From contig NC_068995.1 of the NCBI RefSeq assembly GCF_001194135.2, forward strand, positions 14,396,694 through 14,460,693: 64,000 nucleotides of DNA, read 5' to 3'. Below are positions 1-13,087 of the stretch, in pieces. Position 1 is the stretch's first letter, and the number at the start of each line of letters is the position of its first letter. Source of the DNA: Octopus bimaculoides (lineage: Eukaryota). Under the pieces are notes generated by a model, which did not search any database, was not told where the DNA came from, and saw nothing but the letters and a program-made list of their open reading frames with translations. The position numbers were made by a program, and so were the translations under genes.

Positions 1-9
1 CATCATTTT
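1..9 (-). CDS. PUS7: Start of probable PUS7 coding exon 12 (E-N-D...), truncated by the window edge
   Basis: Polypyrimidine tract plus TACAG acceptor at 10-45 on the minus strand. Phase 1 is compatible with the previous exon, but only 9 nt are visible. Confidence 0.5.
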
Positions 10-490
10 CTGTAAATATTTTAAAGAAATAAGAAACTATACGATTGTTAAATACGCAAAAATCTTTTCAGAGAAATTCACATGCAATGTTGTTTTAGGC
101 TTGAAAGTCAAGAGATGTTACAATGTGTTAGTCTTGATGTTTGATGTTCAAAGCTGAGCTTTTAACACAAAAGTGAGTGTGACACTGTAATAACTACCTA
201 AGAGAGATAACCCCTCCATAACTTGGATATTTTCCAAATGCTGCATTTAAAAAAATGTTACATTGAACATCATCATCACCATCATCACTTAATTTTCACT
301 TTTCTATACTTGCATGGGTCAGATGGAATTTGTTGAGGCAGATTTCAACCACAAGATGCCCTTCCTATCACCAAACTCCACTCATTTCCAAGTAAGGTAA
401 TGTTTTTCTAACAGTCAGATGTTTTCCACTTGGTCTAGGAATTGAAATCACGATCTAGTGATCATGCGTGCAACACCCTAACCATTAAGT

Positions 491-522
<32 letters not shown>

Positions 523-526
<4 letters not shown>

Positions 527-751
527 ATATAATATGTAACAATTATTCGGTTGCCATAATAAAACTCCGAGTTTCGAATGTTGGAGCGGAAATCTGCTCC
601 AGCATCTCGTCAGTTATTATCATTTGGATAATGTCCTTCCTTGAATTCAGGTCTTAATAACTGACAAGATGCCAGAGCAGATTTCCACCTCAACATCTGA
701 AACTTGGAGTTTTATTATGGCAACCAAATAATTATCACATATTATATTACA
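523..751. repeat. Foldback/hairpin MITE with ~100-bp arms in a PUS7 intron
   Basis: The left arm GGTTGCCATAATAAAACTCC...GTCAGTTATTA is the reverse complement of TAATAACTGAC...GGAGTTTTATTATGGCAACC. Loop is about 30 nt. Confidence 0.8.
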
Positions 752-820
752 GATAAATTCCTCTATTTACATAATATCGAGGTCTCATTCATTCTTTTGT
801 TAACAACCAATGAAACATAC

Positions 821-882
821 CTCCATCTCGTGGTTTTAGAATGAGTTCAACAGCTTCCTTCCAGTTGCTGTGTAGCAAAGCT
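821..882 (-). CDS. PUS7: PUS7 coding exon 11 (ALLHSNWKEAVELILKPRDG)
   Basis: CAG/GTATGT junctions. Contains the A.L...W.E...LILKPR motif. Confidence 0.93.
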
Positions 883-2123
883 CTGAAAACAACCATGAAA
901 AATACTTCACTGTATAACATATCATGCAATACATTTAAAGCAACAGAATTAACAGGTAGTAATTAACAGGTAGTAATAAACATTACAGTAGATTCTCACA
1001 GGTAAAAATATATCGTTAATACTTTAGCATTCAGATTATTCTGTCAAATCATCATCATTTAACGTCTGCTTTCCATGCTAGCATGGGTTGGACGATTTGA
1101 CTGGGGACTGGCGAACCAGATGGCTACACCAGACTCCAATCTGATCTGGCAGAGTTTCTACAGCTGGATGCCCTTCCTAACGCCAACCACTACGAGAGTG
1201 TAGTGGGTGCTTTTTATGTGTCACCGACACGAGGGCCAGTCCGGCTGTACTGGCAACAGACACGCTCAAATGGTGTTTTTTACGTGCCACCTGCACAGGA
1301 GTCAGTCCAATGTTTTGTTCACATGCCACCGGCACAAATGCCAGTAAGGCGAAGCTGGAAATGATTGTGCTATGTATTTATTCACATTCTTTTGAGTTAA
1401 TCATGTATTATCTCATAGCTTTGAGATTTTGATGACGTAATTGTTTATTTTAAGAATGACATTGTTTCACATAGGTGTGAAAGGCTGGATCTGACCAATT
1501 TGAACATAAAGGAGGAAGAATATTTGGGCTGGATATGGCCTGATTAAATGCTAAAAGGTTGAGTCACAGATACCAACTAATATAGAAGTATTTTCAGACA
1601 TGTAAGCATCTGACTGAATCACAAATATTGGTCTTTGACACTGACGCAAGGAAACAAATTTGTACAAGTTCAGTCCTTGTGGTTGTCTGATGACTTGTGC
1701 CCCTTAATGACCCTGAAAGTTATGCCCATGAAGTGCCAGCTCCTGGTAGGGCTTTTTATGATGGAAAGGTAAAAGATAGAGGCCAAACTAATATGAACCA
1801 CTTTGGTAGGATCTGAAGTCAGAATGTACAGTTGGAACAAATACAGCAAGGCATTTTTTTCTGCACTCTAATGATTCAGCCTGCTCACCATCTTAATAGT
1901 AGTAATAATGATAATGGTTTCAGATGTTGGTATAAGGGCAGCAGTTTTGGGGTACGGGGAAGTCAATTACATTGACTCCAGTACTCGACTGATACTTATT
2001 TTATCGACCCCAAAAGGATGAAGGTCAAAGTCGACTTTGGTGGAATTTGAACTCAGAATGTGAAGACAGATGAACTGCTGCTAAGCATTTTGCCTGGCGT
2101 GCTAACGATTCAGCCAGCTCACC

Positions 2124-2162
<39 letters not shown>

Positions 2163-2374
2163 CTTTTCTACTGAAAGCACAAGGCCTGAAATTTGTGGGG
2201 AGGGGACTAGTCAATTATATAGACCCCAATGTTTCACTGGTACTTAATTTATCAACCCCGAAAGAATGAAAGGCAAAGTCAACCTCGGTGGAGTTTGAAC
2301 TCAGAACGTAAAGATGGATGCAATGCCGCTAAGCATTTTGCCCAGCATGCTAACGATTCTGCCAGCCTGCTACC

Positions 2375-2406
<32 letters not shown>

Positions 2407-3047
2407 CTTTTCTATAATAGGCACAAGGCCTGAAATTTTGTAGGGAGAGTACATTAAACCCAGTGCTCAACTGGTACTTATTATATCGACCCTGAAAGGA
2501 TGAAAGGCAAAGTCAACCTTGGTGCGATCCCATGATCATTCATGACCTGAAGGGTGATATGTATGTATGTGTGTATATACATATATATATATACACACAT
2601 ACATATCACTATAGACATACTTCCATATACACACAGTTAATTACATAAACACACAAGCATAAAGTCAGATGAAATGCCACTAAGCATTTTGCCTGGTGTG
2701 TTAACAATTCTGCCAGCTCACCACCTTAACAACAACAGTTCCTTACTTAGGTACAAGGCCCAAAATTTGGAAGAAAAGGGATAAAATTTTGTGAATGAAG
2801 TAGCAGTACTTCACAGGTACAAAGAGGCCTAACTAAAAGATGAAATTAATAGTCCCTCAAACTGATTAACTCGTTAATTACAGCTTTTCTCAGACAATTA
2901 GACATTTAATACATCTGTACAAACTAGCAATAAAGTTATTTACATACAAATAGATAACTGAATGTATAATACTAAACCATAACAAAATACATTTACGAAC
3001 AAAACAAAACAAAAACAAAAGATGAAAAGAAATAACTGGTTACTGAC

Positions 3048-3173
3048 CGACCAATGTGGTATGTTGGGATGGATGTAGTGCCAAATCTTTGCATTCCGTA
3101 ATAATTTATAAATCCTCTTTCTTTCAGGGATTCCAAAGCTTGTTCAACATTGGGATCAGTTCCAGTGACATTC
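3048..3173 (-). CDS. PUS7: PUS7 coding exon 10 ([42 protein letters not shown])
   Basis: CAG/GTCAGT junctions. Contains the hallmark GFINYYG.QRFG motif. Confidence 0.96.
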
Positions 3174-4541
3174 CTGCAGAAAATAACAAACAGGAAAAAA
3201 TGGGTTAACTGCAGAAAATAATGAACAGGAAAAAATGGGTTAACTTCAGGCAAAGTCATAATTATTGTTGTTGTTTCATGTAGAAATATAGGCAAATGGG
3301 GGGGGGGGTCACAGTCACACAAAGATGAACAATGATTTAAATTTTTGGAGCCATTTATTTTCTTATTTCTTTATTGCCCACAAGGGGCTAAACACAGAGG
3401 GGACAAACAAGGACAAACAAAGGGATTAAGTCGATTACATCGAGCCCAGTGCGTAACTGGTATTTAATTTATCGACCCCAAAAGGAGGAAAGGCAAAGTC
3501 GACCTCGGCGGAATTTGAACTCAGAACGTAACGTCAGACGAAATACTGCTATACATTTCACCTGGTTTGCTAGCGATTCTGCCAGCTCACCGCCTTTTAT
3601 TTTCTACTCATATGTTACATCATGCAAGTGTAATGCATGTATATACAAGTGTACAGCAAGTGTATGCCCGCACGACGTAATGTATGAGTTGAAAATAAAT
3701 GGCTCAGCAACAGTAGAAAAAACTTTGTCAGCTCGTATATATAGAAGCAGCAGAAAATTGATCACACTGGTACAAAGTCATGTTTGCAGTAACATGAAAT
3801 AACCAAAATAGAGAACATTCAGGGATGACAGCAGGTTTTCTGAGATATAGATGGAGACAAAAGACACCACCAGTCTGTACGGAAACAAAGCAACCTCGAT
3901 CCCAGATACAAACCAGAAGTGACCCTCTTCCGACAAGTTGTGTAAACTAAGGCTAAATAGTAACACAATAAGCTTATCGTTGGAGATAAAAGTCACTATC
4001 ATCATCTAATGCTTGCTTTTTATGTTGGCATGGATGGGGCAGTTTGACAGGATCTGGTGAGTCACAGGGGTGCATCATGCTTGAATGTCTACTTTGGAAT
4101 TATGGTTTCAACAGCTGGATGCCCTTCCTGATGCCAACCACTTTACAGTGTGTACAGATGTATTGGGCGCTTTGGTGCTATGTGGAAAGCAATCATGTGA
4201 GCACTGCATAAGAGTTCTTGTGGCGGTGCCACATTAAAAGCACTCAGCACACTCTGTAAAGTGGTTGGCATTAGGAAGGGCATCCAGCTGTAGAAACCAA
4301 GCCAAGTCGGATGAGCCTGGTGCAGCTTTCCTGCTTGCAAGCTCTGGGTCAAATCATCCAACTTATGAACAATATGGAAAACATACATTAAATAATAATA
4401 ATAATGCTGCCACTGCAAAGGGCTTAACTGAATGAATGACATCAACAAATAAGACATAGGTACCCAGTGATATCACAAAAATAAAGTACCCTAATATAAA
4501 GGCAATGGGATAACAGAGGTAACAAATAAAAGGCGGGTTAC

Positions 4542-4604
4542 CTGAGGACAATGATGAACCTGTTTCCCAACAACTGGCCAAGCTTCAGACATTCATCAAC
4601 ATAG
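4542..4604 (-). CDS. PUS7: PUS7 coding exon 9 (YVDECLKLGQLLGNRFIIVLR)
   Basis: CAG/GTAAC junctions. Contains the TruD L.LG.L.GN.F.IVLR motif. Confidence 0.95.
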
Positions 4605-4684
4605 CTGAAACAATAGAAATATTAATCAGATTGATCTTTAATCTTTTTCCAATATATAGGGATGTTACTGGGAGTATGTCTTTA

Positions 4685-4736
<52 letters not shown>

Positions 4737-4738
<2 letters not shown>

Positions 4739-5612
4739 GGGTGCAATGGGTAAATTGTTACCATCTTATATTTTTGATTTTGTTGACTACATAGTATAGT
4801 AGGGGCAGTTGAGCACTGTCTGTGAGNNNNNNNNNNNNNNNNNNNNNNNNNNNNNNNNNNNNNNNNNNNNNNNNNNNNNNNNNNNNNNNNNNNNNNNNNN
4901 NNNNNNNNNNNNNNNNNNNNNNNNNNNNNNNNNNNNNNNNNNNNNNNNNNNNNNNNNNNNNNNNNNNNNNNNNNNNNNNNNNNNNNNNNNNNNNNNNNNN
5001 NNNNNNNNNNNNNNNNNNNNNNNNNNNNNNNNNNNNNNNNNNNNNNNNNNNNNNNNNNNNNNNNNNNNNNNNNNNNNNNNNNNNNNNNNNNNNNNNNNNN
5101 NNNNNNNNNNNNNNNNNNNNNNNNNNNNNNNNNNNNNNNNNNNNNNNNNNNNNNNNNNNNNNNNNNNNNNNNNNNNNNNNNNNNNNNNNNNNNNNNNNNN
5201 NNNNNNNNNNNNNNNNNNNNNNNNNNNNNNNNNNNNNNNNNNNNNNNNNNNNNNNNNNNNNNNNNNNNNNNNNNNNNNNNNNNNNNNNNNNNNNNNNNNN
5301 NNNNNNNNNNNNNNNNNNNNNNNNNNNNNNNNNNNNNNNNNNNNNNNNNNNNNNNNNNNNNNNNNNNNNNNNNNNNNNNNNNNNNNNNNNNNNNNNNNNN
5401 NNNNNNNNNNNNNNNNNNNNNNNNNNNNNNNNNNNNNNNNNNNNNNNNNNNNNNNNNNNNNNNNNNAATGGCAATTTTATTGAATAAATTTATTCTTTAG
5501 TATTTCAAGATATTTTTATGTAATTTTGGAAAATATATCTGTTAAAATGAGAGATGTCAGTGTTATTTTCATTTTCGCGCAATTTAGACGACAATTTATT
5601 CACCGCTCCCTG
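4737..5612 (+). mobile_element. Tc1/mariner-type element, interior mostly in an N-gap
   Basis: Imperfect TIRs CAGGGTGCAATGGGTAAATTGT and ACAATTTATTCACCGCTCCCTG beside a TA microsatellite. Same family as the copy at 36211. Confidence 0.65.
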
Positions 5613-6462
5613 TGCATATATATATATATGTATGTATATATGTAATAATTTAGAGAAAAACCACTATTAAATAATTCAATAATGAAGAATGTAATTCATA
5701 CTCTCTAGAAAATAAATATATCATAAAAACCTTATTATAAAAATAAGTAAAGTACATAAAAGAATAACTAGTAAATGGTATAGACCTCTTCAGTCATGTA
5801 TGACCATGGGATTGCATCTAGAAAGTTCCCTTCCAAGGCACAAATCTGGGCAAGATTGTTTATGCACACCAGCCTTCCCTCTCCATACCACCGATGTTAT
5901 CCAAGGGATGGCAAAGGCCAATACAGCTTTGCACCAGTTGTCTTGCTCAAAAGAACACAACAAAACCTGGTCCTGGAATTGAACTCACTACCCCATGATT
6001 GTGAGCTTGAAACTTTAACCACTGAGCCATGCACCTTCATATATGTTAAAAACATTTCTAGGAAGAATTCTTGATACAGTCAGAATATTTGAAGAAAGAT
6101 TCTGTTAAATTAAAAATTATTAGTTATGTAAAAAAATCTTAAAGAATGTTCCAAAAGATTTTATCATTTTGTTTTTTTAAGATTTTTTTAAATATAATAA
6201 TCTTTCAATAAAAAAATCTTTTTTTCAGTTACATACATATATACACATGCACATGCCCATACATACATGAATATACTTAAATATATATGTGATCATATAT
6301 TAAGCTAAAAACTTTAAAATAAATTGCCTTAACAATGAATCAGTTTTAATTAGCAATACCAATTAGATATGACAATTGATAATCATAATAACTCAGTCAC
6401 AAAACAATGATAATAATAATAATAACAATAATAATAATAATAACAATAACAATAACAATAAC

Positions 6463-6495
<33 letters not shown>

Positions 6496-6498
<3 letters not shown>

Positions 6499-6830
6499 CT
6501 AATTGATGTATCAATACCAGCAGATGACAACGTTTCTCGAAAAGAAATGGAAAAACTTTCAAAATACAAAGACCTGGAAATAGAGATAACTCGAATGTGG
6601 AGTCTAAAAACAGAAACAATTCCTATCATAGAAGGTGCCTTAAGTATAATAAAAAAATATTCAGACAAATACATAACAAAAACACCAGGACTTACAAATA
6701 TATATAACATACAGAAAATTGCACTACTGGGTACTGCACACATTCTACGCAAAACAGTTTCAATACAGTAAACATAAGAGCACCACAGCAAACCACAGCA
6801 CATACCCAAGGCGCACAGAGCTGCGCTCGG
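6496..6830 (+). mobile_element. 3' end of an R4/Dong-like non-LTR retrotransposon (restriction-like endonuclease tail)
   Basis: Translates as IDVSIP.D.NV..KE.EKL.KYKDL.IEI.RMW...PI..GAL...IQK.ALLGTAHILRK. Flanked by (AAT)n on the left and AAC/GAT/AAT repeats on the right. Confidence 0.75.
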
Positions 6831-6866
6831 TAGTGAAGTGAAAGCACGTTATAAAAATAAAACTAC

Positions 6867-6928
<62 letters not shown>

Positions 6929-6953
6929 AATAATAATAATAATGATGTCTCAC

Positions 6954-7019
6954 CTAAAGTTACCAAGGCATATATTTTTCAAAGCCTTATTTAATTCATA
7001 CAGACGTTCTCCTGTAGTT
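6954..7019 (-). CDS. PUS7: PUS7 coding exon 8 (TTGERLYELNKALKNICLGNF)
   Basis: TAG/GTGAG junctions, 66 nt, phase 2/2. Contains the RL..LNK.L.N..LGNF motif. Confidence 0.92.
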
Positions 7020-7133
7020 CTAGTGTAAAAAAAAAAGTTTGAAAATAGAGCATATTTTATACTTTTTTTGCATGAGAGTAGAATGAACAAATACATAAAA
7101 ATAAAACACATAAATAAATAGGTAGACAGACAT

Positions 7134-7174
<41 letters not shown>

Positions 7175-7834
7175 AACAGACAGATGTGAGCAATGGATTG
7201 TCACTTACAACACACAAACTACCACTTAAGAGGTTGAAGAATATTGGTATTCTTTTCTACTCTAGGCACAAAGCCTGAACATTTTGGGGACTGGTACTTA
7301 ATTTATTGACCCTGAAAGGATGAAAGCCGAAGTCGACCTCAGCAGAATTTGAACTCAGAACGTAAAGACAGAACGTAAATACCGCTAAGCATTTCGCCCG
7401 GCGTGCTAACATTTCTGCCAGCTCAATAATAATTTCTTTATTGTCCACAAGGATTGACGGAAAGGGTGAAGAGAATGGTATGAGTCTTCTACAATTGGAC
7501 AATATAGATGATTTTTACTCCAGTTGAAAATAGTCAAACCCAGTCTGGTGCCGTGTAAAAAGCACCAGTGCTGGTGGCACATAAAAAGCACTGGTGATGG
7601 TGCCATGCACAAAGCACCCAATACACTCTATAAAGTGGTTGGCATTAAGAAGGGCACCAAACTGTAGAAATCAAACCAAAACAGACAATGGAATCAGGGG
7701 CGGCCCCTGGCCTTGCCACCTCCTATCAAGCCGTCCAACCCATGCCAGGATGGAAAATGGATGCTAAATGATGATGATGATGATGATGATGATGATAAGT
7801 GATGATGAGAGAAAGTTAAGAAGCAATATGTCAC

Positions 7835-7912
7835 CTGAATATAGTTATTAACTGAGATGTTTTGGCTCGTCTGTCTTTTGTACCTGAATATTGGAACTGT
7901 CCAGGCTTTATT
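7835..7912 (-). CDS. PUS7: PUS7 coding exon 7 with catalytic GTKD motif (IKPGQFQYSGTKDRRAKTSQLITIFR)
   Basis: CAG/GTGAC junctions. GTKD(K/R)RA.T.Q is the catalytic aspartate motif of TruD/Pus7. Confidence 0.96.
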
Positions 7913-8467
7913 CTGAAATGATAAAACATGTGAAATATACTTGATATGAATCGATATAACATAATACACTTAACAATGAAAAGCATATGCTGATGCATCT
8001 TGGTGCCAAACAGACCAACATTTGGCATCATGATGTACTAAAAATATGAGAAGTAGCATGATGGGTACTGTTCCAAAAACACAGCTAAATGCCTGCCCTG
8101 GATTTGAACCTAAATAGCTGTGGTAGATTTTAATCTACCATAGCTATTTAGACATTTATCCAAAAGGACCTTATCAGTTAGGTGTACAATGCCATTTCAC
8201 TTCCATTGAAAATCAACCATCACTATCACCACCAAAACTACCATAACATGTTCACTACCAAAACAACTACTACTGTTACTACTATTACAACTGTTACTGC
8301 TATCACCACCACCAAAATTACTACTACTATTATTACTAGTTAAACAACTGCTGCCACTGCCACTGCCACTGCTGCCACCGCCACCACTAGCACTTTTCAT
8401 TATCGCCACTACAATTACACACCACCACCACTACCATCTTGAAATACTAGATAACAGTGTACTTTAC

Positions 8468-8582
8468 CTGAGTTTATTTGCAATAAAGTTGATGGCATCC
8501 ATAGTGTCTTTGTTCTCCTTATAAAGTACAAACTTACAATAGTTTCCTCTCTTCTGGGGCCAAGAACCACGAGCATTACGAC
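8468..8582 (-). CDS. PUS7: PUS7 coding exon 6 ([39 protein letters not shown])
   Basis: CAG/GTAAAG junctions. Contains the highly conserved [21 protein letters not shown] motif. Confidence 0.96.
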
Positions 8583-8833
8583 CTGCAAAGTAAAGGTATG
8601 ATAAAAAGACCCAGAAGATATTAATTGGTTGAGAAAGAAAATACTGAAACTCACCTGTCGTCAATATATATAGGTGTAGGAGTGACTTTGTGGTAAGAAG
8701 CTTGCTTTCCAACTACATGGTTGTACGTTCAATCTCACTGCGTGACACCTTGGGCAAGCATCTTCTACTATAGCCTCAGGCCAACCAAAGGCCTTGTGGT
8801 TGGATTTGGTAGATAGAAACTGAAAGAAGCCTG

Positions 8834-8874
<41 letters not shown>

Positions 8875-9133
8875 GTTAGGAATGGCATCCAGCTGTAGAA
8901 ACTCTGCCAAATTNNNNNNNNNNNNNNNNNNNNNNNNNNNNNNNNNNNNNNNNNNNNNNNNNNNNNNNNNNNNNNNNNNNNNNNNNNNNNNNNNNNNNNN
9001 NNNNNNNNNNNNNNNNNTGGTGTTGCCATCCGGTTTCACCAGTCTTCAGTCAAATCGGCCAACCCATGCTAGCATGGAAAGCGGACGTTAAACAATGATG
9101 ATGATGATGATGATAATATATATATATATATAT

Positions 9134-9275
9134 AGTGTTGGGCCTCATGGAGGTATAGTGGCTGAGTTCCTTTTGAGTGTTAGGCCTCATGGAGGCAAAG
9201 TGGCTGAGTTCTTTCCAAGTGTTGGGCCTCATGGAGGCGAGGTGGTTGAGTTCCTTTCAAGTGTTGGGCCTCACA
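9134..9275 (+). repeat. 42-bp tandem repeat, ~3.5 copies, fused to an RTE-derived tail
   Basis: Unit AGTGTTGGGCCTCATGGAGG....GTGGCTGAGTTC.TTT.. . Confidence 0.85.
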
Positions 9276-10089
9276 GAGTCAATGACCAAGACCTTTGGCA
9301 TTATGTCATGCTTGAGAAGAAGACCCATCAAGCCAAGCAAAATCGCAGTTGTGGCAGATACTGGTGTCACGTAAATGGCACCTGTGCCGGTAGCATGTAA
9401 AAGCACCTATTACACTTTCAGAGTGGTTGGCGTTAGGAAAATCATATCAAATCAGACTGGAGCCAGATGCAGCCTTCAGCGTGCCAGCCCAGTCAAATCA
9501 TCCAACCCATACTAGCATCAACAACGGACGTTAAATGATGATGATGATGACGATGATCTGTGTGCTAAGAAATTTTAAGCCTTCTGCTTATAGAAGAAAG
9601 GATTATCATGTGAAAAGCACTGCTGATGGTGCCAAGTAAAAAACACTGAGTACACTCTGTAAAGTGGTTGACATAAGGAAGGGTATTTAACTACAGAAAC
9701 AAAGCCAGCCCCCAGCCTTCTCAGCTCCTGTTAAGTCATCCAACCCATGCTAGCATGGAAAACGGATATTAAGTGATGATGATGATGTTCATAAAGACAT
9801 ATATATCTTTTACTTGTTTCATTCATTTGACTGTAACCATGCTGGGGCCACTGCTTTGAATTTTTAATTAAATGAATTGACCCCAGTACTTCTTTTTATT
9901 TTTAAGAAATGGTATTTATTCTATCAGTCTCTTTTGCAGAACCACTAAGTTACAGGGACAAAAACATACCAACACTGGTTGTCAAGCAATGGGAGGTGGG
10001 GACACACACAGACACAAAGACACACACACACACACACACATATATATACGACGGTTTTTTTCAGTTTCCATCAACCAAATCCAATGATC

Positions 10090-10420
10090 ATCATCATCAT
10101 CGTTTAACGTCCACTTTCCATGCTAGCATGGGTTGGACGATTTGACTGAGGACTGGTGAACCAGATGGCTACACCAGGCTCCAATCTGATTTGGCAGAGT
10201 TTCTACAGCTGGATGCCCTTCCTAACGCCAACCACTTTGAGAGTGTAGTGGGTGCTTTTTACATGCCACCGGCACGAGGGCCAGTCAGGCAGTACTGGCA
10301 ACGGCCACACTCAAAATGGTGTTTTACGTGCCACCTGCACAAGAGCCAGTCCAGCGGCACTGGCAACGACCTCGCTTGTATGTTTCCTAACATGCCAGTA
10401 AGGCGACACTGGTAACAATC
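10090..10420 (+). mobile_element. RTE-tail-type repeat (read on the minus strand), copies at 1050-1360, 35780-36190 and elsewhere
   Basis: Shared (CAT)n-TTTAACGTCC.CTTTCCATGCTAGCATGGGTTGGACG end and internal GTGCTTTTTA.GTGCCACCGGCAC tandem units. Confidence 0.75.
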
Positions 10421-10783
10421 ATGCTCAATATGCATATATGGGTACTGGACATCACAAACTGTGTAAACAACAAGAAATATGGAAACAAACAAGTTAAATA
10501 CGTAAACAACGAGAGAAAAAAAGGAAAACAGGACAAGTAAACACAGAGAAAGACCCTTCATCAGTTGTCGGCTGTCTATATATGATGGCTTCCTTTAGTT
10601 TCCATCTACCAAATCCACTCACAAGGCTTTGGTCAGTCCAAGGCTATAGTAGAAGACATTTGCCTGAGGTGCTACACAGTGGGACCAAACCTGGAACCAT
10701 GTGGCTGGGAAGCAAGCTTCTTACCACACAGCCACACCTGCACCTATGTATATTATGATGTTTGTAAAGATATGTGGGTTTAC

Positions 10784-10913
10784 CTTTTGAGCCCTGCAAA
10801 ACCACTTTGATGACTTTCTTGTTGTTAATCACTTCTGTAGTACTTTCTAAGCCAATAAAACCATCACGGATGGCTTGATGTATCTTAGTTCGCTCAGCTT
10901 TGTCGTCTCCAGC
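10784..10913 (-). CDS. PUS7: PUS7 coding exon 5 (AGDDKAERTKIHQAIRDGFIGLESTTEVINNKKVIKVVLQGSK)
   Basis: TAG acceptor and GTAAA donor. Contains the K..RT.IHQAI...F..LE motif of PUS7. Confidence 0.92.
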
Positions 10914-11836
10914 CTACAATCACAAATAGATTTCTAATTAAAAGTAAATGATAATAATAATAATAAATTATAGTCAATTCAACTCATTTTAATTAATGTG
11001 CTGGTAAGTTCCATATATTCCACCACAAGTTTCAGTCCTTATTGTGATGTGGTGGTTTGTATGCCTCAATGACCCTGAGAACTATATCAACAGAGCACAA
11101 ACTCCTGGTAGGGCCTCCCATACTGGGCAAGTCAAAGGATAAGGGCCAAATTAATTATGGACCACGTCTTCCCAGAAGTAAGAATGGGTTCACATAGGAC
11201 CAATACATCCCTACATAGAAAACAAGCAAAGTAACCGAAGCATCAATGATGATTCAAAACCAACAAGACCCGGGAGAAGAAGGCCTTCCCTCCAGGCGCA
11301 GAGTTGAGAACAGTGGAGAAAAGTTGTCAATGGCCTACGCTTCATAGGGAGGTGAAGAGCTTATGTAACTAAATAATGTTTTGTATAATACGTCGTCACA
11401 ATGACTTAACTGAAAGCTTTTTTTCTCTGTATAGTATATCTAAAATAAGCGGAGGAAAAGAATAAAATTCAACTGGAAAAATGCTGAGTTTTAAGCAAAG
11501 AACAAAGATTGCATTGTGACAGTGTAGAGAATGTGTAGAAGGGGCATTGTTGATAGGGACACAAGCTATAGTGAAAGAACTCTAACAAACTAGTTAATCA
11601 ATCAATTAATTAATTGGCTAATAAAACTGAAGTGAAATACAACCAGTGTATGTGCTTTAAATGGCGACATGACTAAGTACAACAATTTCTGTTTCAACAC
11701 ATGATTTCATATCAGGAATATTTGAAAGCAAAATACAAAAAGAAAAAAAATTTCTTAGGGGAAACAAAGAGGGGGGTGGAGAGAGAGAGAGTGTAGAATC
11801 AGCCTTTGAGGCTGAAGGTGCAAAACAAATATTTAC

Positions 11837-11935
11837 CTCAAGAATAACTGAAGAATTTTTATCCCGTTTTGTTGAGATCTCATTTAGTTTCTTAATATTT
11901 TCAGCAGAAAGACAATCACTAACATCAACAAGAAC
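11837..11935 (-). CDS. PUS7: PUS7 coding exon 4 (VLVDVSDCLSAENIKKLNEISTKRDKNSSVILE)
   Basis: AG acceptor after a T-rich tract, GTAAAT donor, 99 nt, phase 0/0. Resembles the eukaryotic PUS7 insertion region. Confidence 0.85.
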
Positions 11936-12544
11936 CTTTCAAATGGAAAAAAAAAATAGGGTTGTAGAGAATATGGAATTGTCATAATCATACAATCAAA
12001 TAGGGCTGATTTCCCAGTTTACATGGCACATATATTTCCCCTATGTACAGGACACTCGTCCGTCGCAGGGTCACTCATTTTTACCAGCTGAGTGGGCTGA
12101 AGCAACGTGAAATGAAGTGTTTTTCTCCAGAACACAATGCATTGCCCAGTCTAGGAGTTGAAACCACAATCTTATGATCATGAGTCCAACACTCTAACCA
12201 CTAAGCTACGCACCTCCTTTTTTTCCCGCCTCTTGACTGGAGGGTCCCCAAGATGATGGGACCCCCAAGCCTGCAATGTGCGTTTGAGATGTTCAGTGAG
12301 TCCTGCAATCTGCATTGTGTCTTTGTGTCAGTGTTTGTCCACTCACCCACTGCTTGACAACTGGTGTTGGTGTGTTTATGTCCCTGTAACTTAACAGTTC
12401 AGCAGAAGAGACTGACAAAATAAGTACCAGGCTTTAAAAAAAAGTGATAGGGTTGATTCATTTGATTAAAAATTTTTCAAGGCAGTGCTCCAGCAAGGCT
12501 GTAGTCAAATGAGTGAAAGAAGTAAAAGATACAAGATAATATAT

Positions 12545-12577
<33 letters not shown>

Positions 12578-12863
12578 CATGCATGATAGGGAGGGGGACT
12601 TCTTTCAATATTTGTCTACTAAATCTACTCTCAGTGCTTTGCCAGTCCAAGGCTATACTAGCAGACACTTGCACAAGGTGCCACACAGGGGACTGAACCC
12701 AAACTTATGTGGTTGGGAAGCAAACTTCTTAACCACACAGCCACAACTGTGTCTAAAATGCTAGCAGATAAAGCAAAACCAACACAACCACTTCATATCA
12801 AAAAGCAAAAAAAAAAAAACCCACCCCTCCCTCATAAAAATAGAAAAGAAATTGAATACATAC

Positions 12864-12951
12864 TTTTGTTGGGCTTTTTGGTTTTGAGATATCTGTTAAC
12901 TTGACAATCTCTCCTTTCATATCAATTTCATTTACAATAAAATCAGAAAAT
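12864..12951 (-). CDS. PUS7: PUS7 coding exon 3 (FSDFIVNEIDMKGEIVKLTDISKPKSPTK)
   Basis: CAG acceptor and GTATGT donor. Carries the TruD-family R(Y/F)SDF.V.EI motif and phases fit. Confidence 0.93.
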
Positions 12952-13087
12952 CTGAGGACCAGAAATAGAAGTTTAAAGTTAAAATTTTAATCATTGGATT
13001 TAATTAGATATTGTTGTTGTTGTTTAGTTCTCAGATCAGCTCCAATTGAGCAAACCAATGGTCACAGGTATTCCAGCCATGACAAGA

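Noticed and set aside
3778-4005. Minus-strand 75-aa ORF between PUS7 exons 9 and 10
   Set aside because: It has no TruD motif, and exons 9 and 10 already join in frame with continuous homology.
4758-5487. Long ORFs of 221-364 aa over N-gaps (also 24827-25949, 27974-28603, 29628-30270, 8661-9091)
   Set aside because: They are artefacts of translating N runs.
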